Origin: an uncultured Nitrososphaerota archaeon
GTDB lineage: Archaea; Thermoproteota; Nitrososphaeria; Nitrososphaerales; CADDZS01
Assembly (NCBI GenBank): GCA_963799845.1
Contig: CAWCYI010000006.1
Span: 1,408,001-1,472,000 of the forward strand
DNA: 64,000 nt
Direction: 5' to 3'
Positions 38,808 to 47,627 of this stretch are shown piece after piece (position 1 is the first letter of the stretch; every line of letters begins with the position of its first letter). The notes beneath the pieces are model-generated. The model had not been told where the DNA came from, ran no database searches, and was given only the letters and a program-made list of their open reading frames with translations. The position numbers were made by a program, and so were the translations under genes.

Positions 38808-41309
38808 TTGAAGTTCAGCAATGCAACATTTCTTGCTATTGCGATTCTCCTTTTCATATATCAGCCGCTCCCCTCGATCAACCAATTAGGGCATCGTCCC
38901 GTTAATTTCACCGGAGTTGTGATAACTAGTCCAGTTCCTGGAGCTCCCGGCGGAAATCTCCCCGCGCGGTTCGAGAGTCTGGTTGCTCCCGGAAATTCTT
39001 CGATCCCAGTCGCAAATTTTGACGAACAGCTTGGTATGACGTTCACTCAGAATTTTAGCGTCCTTTCATACAATGTCACGGCTGTCAAGCAGCAGGATCT
39101 GAACGGATTCGGACCTGCTTACTTGCTCAATGGACTTTCGAATCTCGGCTATTGGTACCAGGTAGGGATTTCGTGGGACTGGCCGTTCCTTGGCGGTGGC
39201 CACTCTTCCGGTTTTGGGTTCAACTTCGAAGTGTTTTCATTCAACGGATCGTCGATATTTCCGCAAAACGCCGGGGGGCTGGTCAACTTTTCAGGGTCAG
39301 TGAATCCTGGGGACAACGTAGGCTTGTCTTTGATGTTCAATGGAGCCAACGTAACGATGCAGGCGGTAGACTGGGAAACCAGCGCCGTCGCAAACATCGG
39401 TTACAGCTCTTTTGGAGCGAATCAATTCGTCGGCTCTCCGCATTCTATTTCGAACCTGAAAGGATTTTTCACCGGACTAATGACCGAGCAGTATCACGTC
39501 GGCCAGTTCAACGGAAGCGAGCGGAAGGTCACTTATTCCGGTTTGAACGTTTCCTCCGCGTGGATGTGGGTCGACGAATTCAACGCAAACACCAGTAGTG
39601 TGCTATTTTTGGGTAGCACGCCGACCCCTGTTTCCTACACATCGAATCCAAACCAGTTCCGGGACTTTTTTTACAAGGGGTCGACGGTTATCTCCAATGC
39701 TCACGAATTCATTACCGGAACTTCTGGATCTGTATTGTTAACGGTCAGCTACTCTGAGATCGGCGGTGAATCTTTCGTAGCTCCAAAGCTCACATACGTC
39801 ACAAACGGGACAATTGAATCCGTCGATCTCGGAACAACTCCGACCACTTACTTGGCGGATAACGGTAGTACCTGGGGTGTCTCGGTCAATATACCAGGAC
39901 AGTCATCTGGAGAGAGATGGACCACATCAGACACGACCTCCGGCGTAGCAACAGGTCTCAATCCGATCAAAATAGTGTACTATCATCAGTATCTTGAGAT
40001 ATTTTCCTTCGCTGTCTTGGGTGGAGGATCAGGGTTTGAATCGCCCAACCTGACTTTTGTGAACTATGGGCGGTCGAATGCAATTATTTTAGGAAACGAG
40101 GGGTTAGGAATCTGGATGGACGCTGGATCCGCGTGGAACGCTTCGAATCTGCTCGGTGGATCTACTTCGCAAGAGAGGTGGGTAAGCAACGACACGATTG
40201 GTACCGCCGTTTCATCTCAGAACATATCGATGGATTACGTTCACCAGAACTTGATCGCGGTGGGCTTCAATGTTGTGGGCGGAGGAACTGGATTCACGGC
40301 GCCCCAAATAGTGTCGAGATCTCTCAACGGGCCGGTTAACGCCACATTATCCACAGTGCCTGTCACAATATGGCTAAACACTGGTGCGCGGTGGAGGGTC
40401 AATAGCATTCTTGAGGGTTCGACTCCCTCCCAGCGATGGGAGACTCCCGTCAGCGCCGGCCTTGTTAATCTTTCTAACATCTTCCCTGCTTACTATCATC
40501 AGAGTTTTGTGTCCCTGGGTTACTCAATCGTTGGTGGGGGCTCGGGCTTTACGCCTCCAAGAATAAATCTGACGACGTTTGGCGACCGGTTGAACATCGC
40601 TCTAAACTCATCCGTCTGGGTGGATTATGGCAGTCTCTACAGTTACCCCCGGATGCTGGAGGGCTCGAATGACTTTCAGAGGTGGATTGCAAATTCCATA
40701 AACGGTACGATTTTATCCCAGGGTTCGGTTACTGCGAAGTACCAAACTCAGTACTTGGTCGATATCGAGCTACAGTCGGCGGGAGGGGGGAACGTAGCGC
40801 CGGCTTCCGGCTGGTATAACGCGTCGTCAGTCTTGCCACTGTCTGCCGTGAGCGATCCAGGATGGAAGTTTATCGGTTGGTCAGGTAAAGGTGCGGAACC
40901 GTATTCTGGGAACTCCTCAAATGTGTCAGTTATCTTGGGATCCGCAATAACCGAGGTAGCAACTTTCTACCCGGGCTTCACTATTTCCTCAGGCCCGGGC
41001 GGGTCTGTCGTATACAGTTTCGATGGAAAAGTTGGGACGATCAGCGGCGGAAGCTCGACGACGATTTTTGTCCCGCCTCTGACCGAGGTCGGCCTTTCGG
41101 CCACTTCTTCGTCCCTTGATTTGTTCACGAGTTGGCGGGGCGAGATCAACTCGGGCAGAGAGTCCATCACGGTTCTTGTTGACTCACCTGAGGCGATTCG
41201 GGCAACGTTCGGGTTCAATTATCTGATAGTCCTCGTCGTTGTAATTGTCGCAGCTTTGGTTCTGGCGGCCGGTATTTTCTCAATTTTGAAGAGATACAGG
41301 TCCAGATAG
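38808..41309 (+). CDS. Membrane-anchored surface protein: thermopsin/G1-like N-terminal domain, about four YYHQ…ERW repeats, InlB B-repeat-like units
   Basis: Signal peptide; WYQVG…LMTE; repeated YxHQ…VGGGSG…W.D.G…RW; GWKFIGWSG; C-terminal TM followed by KR. Confidence 0.7.
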   Translation: MKFSNATFLAIAILLFIYQPLPSINQLGHRPVNFTGVVITSPVPGAPGGNLPARFESLVAPGNSSIPVANFDEQLGMTFTQNFSVLSYNVTAVKQQDLNGFGPAYLLNGLSNLGYWYQVGISWDWPFLGGGHSSGFGFNFEVFSFNGSSIFPQNAGGLVNFSGSVNPGDNVGLSLMFNGANVTMQAVDWETSAVANIGYSSFGANQFVGSPHSISNLKGFFTGLMTEQYHVGQFNGSERKVTYSGLNVSSAWMWVDEFNANTSSVLFLGSTPTPVSYTSNPNQFRDFFYKGSTVISNAHEFITGTSGSVLLTVSYSEIGGESFVAPKLTYVTNGTIESVDLGTTPTTYLADNGSTWGVSVNIPGQSSGERWTTSDTTSGVATGLNPIKIVYYHQYLEIFSFAVLGGGSGFESPNLTFVNYGRSNAIILGNEGLGIWMDAGSAWNASNLLGGSTSQERWVSNDTIGTAVSSQNISMDYVHQNLIAVGFNVVGGGTGFTAPQIVSRSLNGPVNATLSTVPVTIWLNTGARWRVNSILEGSTPSQRWETPVSAGLVNLSNIFPAYYHQSFVSLGYSIVGGGSGFTPPRINLTTFGDRLNIALNSSVWVDYGSLYSYPRMLEGSNDFQRWIANSINGTILSQGSVTAKYQTQYLVDIELQSAGGGNVAPASGWYNASSVLPLSAVSDPGWKFIGWSGKGAEPYSGNSSNVSVILGSAITEVATFYPGFTISSGPGGSVVYSFDGKVGTISGGSSTTIFVPPLTEVGLSATSSSLDLFTSWRGEINSGRESITVLVDSPEAIRATFGFNYLIVLVVVIVAALVLAAGIFSILKRYRSR

Positions 41310-41441
41310 TATGCAGGTCAGTTTTTCTCCCTCGTCAATTAGGTCATTTCCTTTCACGCAACTTAATCTAGGAGAGATTTGGGATGCATTAAGGAAAAAC
41401 TGTAAATTCTCTCCAAAGAAGAGTCTCCATTTAAGATCTTT

Positions 41442-41777
41442 ATGGGAAAAAAATTACTTTTAGTATCATTAGTATTCGTGGTCGTGGGTCTTGTTTTGCT
41501 CGTTTATCCGGACCCTCAATTTCGCGCGATCTTCAGCGGCGGGAGTACGAGCGGCTTTCCGACAACTTTTACTTCTTCTAGGTTTACATTCAACGGGACG
41601 ATCCCGGGGAATTTTACGTTTCCGGGCGCAGGAAACTTCACGCGTAGAGCTGGGTCAACCGCAGCACTCATCAATACAAACAATGAAATTGTAAGCTTGC
41701 TTGGAGCGGGCCTCGTCGCCGTTGGAGTGGTTTTCGTCGTCGTAGAATTGTTTCTCACTCCAGGGCGCTTGAAATAA
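41442..41777 (+). CDS. Small two-TM membrane protein
   Basis: Two hydrophobic helices flanking a G/F/T-rich loop. Confidence 0.7.
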   Translation: MGKKLLLVSLVFVVVGLVLLVYPDPQFRAIFSGGSTSGFPTTFTSSRFTFNGTIPGNFTFPGAGNFTRRAGSTAALINTNNEIVSLLGAGLVAVGVVFVVVELFLTPGRLK

Positions 41778-41816
41778 AACGGAATTTTGTATTTACTTGC
41801 GAAGTGAACCCACGCG

Positions 41817-42533
41817 TTGCAACAGATTCAAAAATCGACTTATTCCGAAAAGGCAATTGAAGTTATCGATCTGATAAAGAAGTACGGGTCTGGCGAGAGC
41901 CTTACTTTTGCTCTTAAGAATGTGAGCTTCTCGATCGCCCAGGGAGAGTTTGTGTCGATAATCGGACCTTCTGGTTCCGGCAAGAGTACGCTTCTGAACT
42001 TGATGGGCGCACTGGACAGGCCCTCGTCTGGAAAGGTCCTGATCGATGGAGTGGATCTTTCAAAGCAATCCAACTCGTCTCTCGCGAAACTCCGCAACAA
42101 GAAGATTGGATTCGTGTTCCAGTCGTTCAATCTGCTCAATAGGATGACGGTTCAAGGTAATGTTGAGCTACCCCTGACGATAGCTGGAGCATCCCCAAAG
42201 GACCGGAAAGAGAAGGCACTACATGTGTTAGGTCAGTTTGGGATAGCTGGAAAGGCTACCCACAAGCCAGCCACTTTGAGTGGAGGAGAGCAACAAAGAG
42301 TGGCAGTTGCCCGCGCGCTGGTCACGAATCCCTCGATTATCTTGGCTGATGAGCCCACCGGGAACCTCGATACGAAAAACACTGAGATAATGATGGAAGT
42401 TCTGGAAGAGTTGCATGAAAAGACTCACAAGACAATTGTGATGATCACCCACAATACCTTGCTTGCAAACAGGACTCAGCGAGCGATTTCAATCAGAGAC
42501 GGAGAGATTGTGGATGGCGAAGAAGAAGCATGA
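41817..42533 (+). CDS. ABC ATPase (LolD/MacB type)
   Basis: GPSGSGKS, GFVFQSFNL, LSGGEQQRVA, ADEPTGNLD. Confidence 0.93.
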   Translation: MQQIQKSTYSEKAIEVIDLIKKYGSGESLTFALKNVSFSIAQGEFVSIIGPSGSGKSTLLNLMGALDRPSSGKVLIDGVDLSKQSNSSLAKLRNKKIGFVFQSFNLLNRMTVQGNVELPLTIAGASPKDRKEKALHVLGQFGIAGKATHKPATLSGGEQQRVAVARALVTNPSIILADEPTGNLDTKNTEIMMEVLEELHEKTHKTIVMITHNTLLANRTQRAISIRDGEIVDGEEEA

Positions 42534-44548
42534 AAGCAAAAATCATTGCCGTTTTCCTCATGGGGCTGTTCCTGATAACCGCGCTTCCGGTTCTCGAGAA
42601 TCACGCTAGTGCCCAGACTCAGGGCTTTCAGATAATTAGCGCCCAATGGGGTACTTCGACCACAACCGCCGAGGCGGGGCCAGGCGATCAGGACGTACCG
42701 CTGACTTTGACTGTTCAATATGTTTACCCCTACAGTGCATTATACGCACAATTTGAGTCGAAGTTGCCGAGTGGATTCAGTGTAACGTCGGCAGGAATAT
42801 CCTCCCAATCGGGTGGCAATTCGACTCTGTACTACACCAACAAGTTGGTTCAAGGCCAGATCTTCCAATTGCAGATGTACCTAAATCTCGCTGAGAATGT
42901 CTCGATAGGGAAGTACAGTTTTCCCACCACGATTACCTGGAGCGCTGTTTTAACAAATTCCACGAACGAACCGGAGGTCTCCCTGAACCAGAGTACTACA
43001 TTTGCAGTCACAGTTGAAGGAGATTCAAAGCTGGCATTTTCTTCCCCGAACAGGGGACTCGTTTCGGGACAAATCAACAATGTAACTCTAGATTTGACAA
43101 ACTCGGGTACTGGAAATGTTTCCAATGTCTTGACAACAATTACCTCAAGCAATCCACAAACTATCAGTGTGTTAAGCGGGATCCCACAGACTTCGGAGCT
43201 TGACGCCGGCGGCTCTGTTTCATATACTGTTGAATTGTTCGTCGCTTCTTCGGCCGTTGGGTCTTCTGTTTCGCTTTCACTCAGTACGACGTATCTTGAC
43301 GCTTATGGCAATCAACAATCTGCCTCCCAATCGCTCGGATTGTTTGTTGCTTCTTCAACTGCCACTCCCACATTGGTATACAGGTCGCTGCAAAATTCGT
43401 TGACGCCGGGACAGGTCAATAATATCACCCTGAACGTCACGAACGAAGGCAATGTGGAATTGTCTGGAATCTCGACTCAGGTCGGCAGTTCCTCCCAGAG
43501 TGTGAGCGTTCTTTCCCAGCCCGGGGTAATACAGAGTTTGACGCAGGGATCCAGCTCCTCGTTTGATGTCGGGCTCTTCGTCTCCGGGTCGGCTTCCAAC
43601 ACGCCGGTAACGCTGACAATCTCCGCAACTTATTCGATCGCAGGACCGAACAATACGGGATCGGTCTCCCAGACTCTTGGACTCTATGTCTCCAGCCAAC
43701 AGAGCGCGACTGGAGCTTCAACTATTTCTGTATCCACTGTTTCTAACGATTTGAAAACGGGGCAAGAGTCTCTGGTGTCTTTTAGGATAAACAACGCGGG
43801 ATCGGTTCCGATATATTATCCCAGTCTGTCTATATCCGTTACTTCGCCGCTCGTGGTCATATCAAACTCGTCATACGCGATACCAGGTGGCCAGATTCCT
43901 GCGAATGGCGCTGTAATCTATGAGGTGACCATACTAACCTCACCGTCAGCGACAATCGGTGTTTACGAAGGTACGCTCTCGGTAAATTACTCGAACCAAT
44001 ATGGGATCGCGAATTCGCAGTCCGTACAGGTCGGATTTGTTCTTACCGGGACAATTGAACTGGTGATCCAAGACGAGTCGATAACCGCGGGTACCGGTAA
44101 TCTCACTGTAAGTGGAACATTGCTGGACGAAGGGACTGCCTCGGCGTATTATGCGAGCGTGGCGGGTTACCTGAACTCGAGCTCACATGCAGGGCCTTTG
44201 TCGTACGTAGGAGAGATCGATCCGAACACCCCGGTACCGTTCACAACAACTATTCCTTATACGGCGACAGCACCATTGCGACAGACCGTTGGCATTCTGG
44301 TTACTTACAAAGACAGTTTTGGCAATAACCTGACCTCAAAGAGCAGCGAGAGCACCACAATAACTCCCGCAGTATCCGTAGCCCCGTCAACGGGAACTAC
44401 GACTAGCTCGAGTGGTCAGGGACTGGTCGTTGCCGTATTCTATGCGATCATAATAGTTGTGATCATAGCAGTTGTGGCCGGTGTAGTTCTCGTGAGGAGA
44501 CGACGCCCTAAAAGCGACGTCGTCACTCAGGATTCAAAGGTCGTCTGA
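42530..44548 (+). CDS. COG1361-like S-layer-domain membrane-anchored protein
   Basis: Signal peptide; repeated Ig-like NxG…Y.D.YG units; YVGEIDPNTPVPF; C-terminal TM followed by RRRR. Confidence 0.8.
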   Translation: MKAKIIAVFLMGLFLITALPVLENHASAQTQGFQIISAQWGTSTTTAEAGPGDQDVPLTLTVQYVYPYSALYAQFESKLPSGFSVTSAGISSQSGGNSTLYYTNKLVQGQIFQLQMYLNLAENVSIGKYSFPTTITWSAVLTNSTNEPEVSLNQSTTFAVTVEGDSKLAFSSPNRGLVSGQINNVTLDLTNSGTGNVSNVLTTITSSNPQTISVLSGIPQTSELDAGGSVSYTVELFVASSAVGSSVSLSLSTTYLDAYGNQQSASQSLGLFVASSTATPTLVYRSLQNSLTPGQVNNITLNVTNEGNVELSGISTQVGSSSQSVSVLSQPGVIQSLTQGSSSSFDVGLFVSGSASNTPVTLTISATYSIAGPNNTGSVSQTLGLYVSSQQSATGASTISVSTVSNDLKTGQESLVSFRINNAGSVPIYYPSLSISVTSPLVVISNSSYAIPGGQIPANGAVIYEVTILTSPSATIGVYEGTLSVNYSNQYGIANSQSVQVGFVLTGTIELVIQDESITAGTGNLTVSGTLLDEGTASAYYASVAGYLNSSSHAGPLSYVGEIDPNTPVPFTTTIPYTATAPLRQTVGILVTYKDSFGNNLTSKSSESTTITPAVSVAPSTGTTTSSSGQGLVVAVFYAIIIVVIIAVVAGVVLVRRRRPKSDVVTQDSKVV

Positions 44549-44568
44549 TCGCAGAGAGCGGACTTAAC

Positions 44569-45918
44569 TTGAAGATCAAGGATCAATTCCTGTTCGCGCT
44601 CAGGGCGATGTCTGATCGACGACTCAGGACTACGCTCACGATTATCGGAATCCTGATCGGTCCCGCGACAATAGTCGCACTGGATGCGGCAACGCAGGGT
44701 TACAGCAATGCATCCACGGCTCAGTTCAACAAGCTCGGTGCCACGACATTATTTCTTAGTCCATCTGGTAGAGGTTTCAGCCTCACGCAATCGGATCTTC
44801 CGAGCATTTCAAATCTGGCCGGCGTCTCGGTCGCAGTTCCGTACCAGATGCTAAGCGGGACTATCACCCAGGGAGGGGGTTCCGTTTCCGTGCAGATAAT
44901 CGCGGCCGATCTGTCAAAGCTTACGGCTGTGTTTCCAAGCCTCTCCATAGATGAGGGCTCTCTACCGACCAGCACGGATTTAGCTGGTGCGATAATAGGT
45001 AACTCGATTGCGTTCCCCAATTTGGCTGACGCGACCAACGTGACGGTGAATCAGATTCTTAGCGTGTCCGGCGTCGGGCGCGGCTTTAGCTTTGGACCTA
45101 ATTTTGGGTTTGGCTCGACGAGCAATACTGCCTCGTCGACAAAATCGTTCATAGTTCGAGGCGTCTACAACTCGTTCGGGCAGGGATTTTTTATCAATCC
45201 TGACGACGACGTGTTTGTGTCGCTTGCGACCGGTGAGGCGCTACTCCACAGTTACGACTATACGGGAGTCATGGTAGTAGCACAGAGTCCGGCACTGGTT
45301 GATCAGGTAACTTCTGAACTCACCGCATTATACGGGAGCGACGCAAGAATAACCTCAGTAAGCTCTATTCTCTCAACGATTACATCCGTAACCCAGTCCA
45401 CGGGGACTCTTCTGGAGGCGGTTGGAAGTATCTCGGTCCTCGTGGCGTTCATTGCCATCATGACAACCGAGTTCACATCTGTCATTGAGAGGACAAAAGA
45501 AATTGGGATACTGAAGGCGCTCGGGGCAAACTCGCGTACGATAATGTTCAACTTTATCTCCGAGGCCCTCGCGACCGGATTTATCGGCGGAATTATAGGG
45601 GCGGCCGTCGGTTCCGGACTCTCTTTTTTCATCATCGGTTTGCTGGCGAGCCGCTCGGCTATCCCAAGCGCTAGTAGAACTTCAGGAACCGGAGCCGGTG
45701 CGAGGTTTAGCTCGGGCGGTGCGGGTCTTGCCGTTTCTTTAGGCAGTCCCAGCACTTCTTCAAGCACTGCCTCGACCGTGGCGATAACACCAGTGTTGAC
45801 GCCTGAATTGATCTTGCTAGCGATTGCTCTCGCAACTGTGGTCGGGGGATTAGCGGGGATATTGCCTGCCTGGAGAGCATCAAGAATGAATCCGGTCGAT
45901 GCGCTACGTTCCGCCTAG
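44569..45918 (+). CDS. MacB/FtsX-family ABC permease
   Basis: RTTLTIIGILIG, ERTKEIGILKALGA, PAWRASRMNPVDALR. Confidence 0.92.
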   Translation: MKIKDQFLFALRAMSDRRLRTTLTIIGILIGPATIVALDAATQGYSNASTAQFNKLGATTLFLSPSGRGFSLTQSDLPSISNLAGVSVAVPYQMLSGTITQGGGSVSVQIIAADLSKLTAVFPSLSIDEGSLPTSTDLAGAIIGNSIAFPNLADATNVTVNQILSVSGVGRGFSFGPNFGFGSTSNTASSTKSFIVRGVYNSFGQGFFINPDDDVFVSLATGEALLHSYDYTGVMVVAQSPALVDQVTSELTALYGSDARITSVSSILSTITSVTQSTGTLLEAVGSISVLVAFIAIMTTEFTSVIERTKEIGILKALGANSRTIMFNFISEALATGFIGGIIGAAVGSGLSFFIIGLLASRSAIPSASRTSGTGAGARFSSGGAGLAVSLGSPSTSSSTASTVAITPVLTPELILLAIALATVVGGLAGILPAWRASRMNPVDALRSA

Positions 45919-46002
45919 ATGGCCCAAGATTGCTTTTCCTCGTAAGAGAGCGTTCAGGCGATATTATTATTGAGGACGCGGACGGTGGTCGTTGCAATAT
46001 CC

Positions 46003-46332
46003 ATGGATGCGTTCGAGCGACTGCTTTGGTGGCTGTTCGCGGGAAGCACGGGAGCAAAAACTAGGCTTCTCGTGCTCGAAGCGATCAAGGAGCAACCCCG
46101 GAACGCGCAGCAGCTGTCCCAACTGCTTCGACTAGACTACACGACTGTAAGGCATCATCTGGGAGTCCTTGAGAAAAACAGGCTCGTCCTGACGGAAGGT
46201 GACAAGTACGGCAAGTTGTACTTTCTTTCGGAAATGATGGAAGCAAACTGGGAGAAACTGCAGGAAATCAAAGCAAAAACCAGCGGCGAAGGCAACCGTG
46301 GAAAATTGAAGAGCGAAGAAAAAAAAGAGTAG
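46003..46332 (+). CDS. ArsR-like wHTH regulator
   Basis: LLWWLFAGSTG…NAQQLS…DYTTVRHHL…YGKLYF. Confidence 0.88.
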   Translation: MDAFERLLWWLFAGSTGAKTRLLVLEAIKEQPRNAQQLSQLLRLDYTTVRHHLGVLEKNRLVLTEGDKYGKLYFLSEMMEANWEKLQEIKAKTSGEGNRGKLKSEEKKE

Positions 46333-46336
46333 AATT

Positions 46337-46792
46337 TTGATGGGCCAGGAAAAAAATGAGAATACTCCCAAGAAGGGTAGAATGATGAGCAAACTCTGGG
46401 TACCGATCGTGATCTTCATTGGGACCTTGATCGGCATACTATCATACGAACTTGCCAGCGAAAGCGCAGAATTTCCTCGCTTCAATCGGTTTGGCCCGCC
46501 GGTTGGTCCGGACCTATACTTGGAATTTCACGTCATATTGTCGACCATTGGAATGGCGTTGCTCGTCGCGCTGATTTTGGTATACGCGAGGACCTATCTT
46601 CAGACGAAAGCCAATTTCATTCTGGGGCTGCTGGTCGTCCTGTTTGCCCTCCTCCTCCAAGCAGTCCTGTCGTATCCCGTTCTCCTCGAGTTTGAAGTCG
46701 CCCCGGGCTTTGCCATCGCGTTCTTTTCGCCGGTTGCGGACGTGTTTATGATAATTGCCTATACCGTGTTCCTCTATCTGAGTCTCGAATGA
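46337..46792 (+). CDS. Four-TM membrane protein
   Basis: Hydrophobic helices; family usually found next to this HTH. Confidence 0.75.
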   Translation: MMGQEKNENTPKKGRMMSKLWVPIVIFIGTLIGILSYELASESAEFPRFNRFGPPVGPDLYLEFHVILSTIGMALLVALILVYARTYLQTKANFILGLLVVLFALLLQAVLSYPVLLEFEVAPGFAIAFFSPVADVFMIIAYTVFLYLSLE

Positions 46793-46891
46793 TTTAGCTA
46801 ATTAGCGAGAGGAAAGCTGGTATTTCCAGTTCGCGAAGGGCTTGAGGTGTGTCGGCGCATCTTAATATAGCCCGCGTGCCCACGTGTGGGT

Positions 46892-47123
46892 ATGAGTGTT
46901 GTAGTTGAGGCCGACGAGCGTGGAAGAATTCTGCTACCAGCAGAAATCAGGCGCAAAATTCACACTAAAAGGTTCAAAGTCACAATGAAACAAAACCACG
47001 TTGAGCTGCAGCCTCTAAAAAGCGTCGAAGAGCTGAAAAGGGAAATACAAAGACATCATTAAGTCCGACTGGGAGGAGCTTGAGGAGAGGTCAGAAGATT
47101 TTGTCTCGAAGGGACGAAGGTAA
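46892..47123 (+). CDS. vapB: AbrB/MazE-type VapB antitoxin (frameshift in an A4 run near 47037; missed by the ORF track)
   Basis: MSVVVEADERGRILLPAEIRRK…; removing one A gives …LKGKYKDIIKSDWEELEERSEDFVSKGRR*. Confidence 0.8.
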
Positions 47124-47139
47124 TAATCTGGATTCTGTA

Positions 47140-47577
47140 ATGCTTTCAGATACTGATTTGTTTTTCTTTTATCTGAAAGGAGGTAAGTTCTCTTCCCAAG
47201 CAGAAATTGCAATCAAACGCGCAACATCAGGAAGTCTTGAATTGAGAACTTCTTCAGAAGTTTATGACGATGCTATCTCGGCCATGAGGGCAGACGGCGT
47301 TCCTCTCAGTAAGGTTCGTGATTTTATCTCGGACATGAAGTCAATTCCTCATAAGCCCTTGCCGATGAGTGCAGAAATTGCTGAAGAAGCTTTAGTGTTG
47401 TACCTGAAGCATGGAGGAAGACGAAAGCTAAGCTATTTTGATTCCTTCCATGTTGCTACTGCGAGAAGGTACGCACTTAATTTTCTTACCAGCGACAAAT
47501 ACGTATTAGAGCATGCCAGCACATTTGAAATAAAAGCGACTAGTCTTTCGTTTCTGTCTTCAAAAGCGCAGGCTTGA
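47140..47577 (+). CDS. vapC: PIN-domain VapC toxin
   Basis: SDTD, SEVYDD, SYFDSFHVATA, LTSD. Confidence 0.88.
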   Translation: MLSDTDLFFFYLKGGKFSSQAEIAIKRATSGSLELRTSSEVYDDAISAMRADGVPLSKVRDFISDMKSIPHKPLPMSAEIAEEALVLYLKHGGRRKLSYFDSFHVATARRYALNFLTSDKYVLEHASTFEIKATSLSFLSSKAQA

Positions 47578-47627
47578 GGCAACCGGATCTACCCTTGCAG
47601 GCACTTATCTGACACCAGCCATACTCT

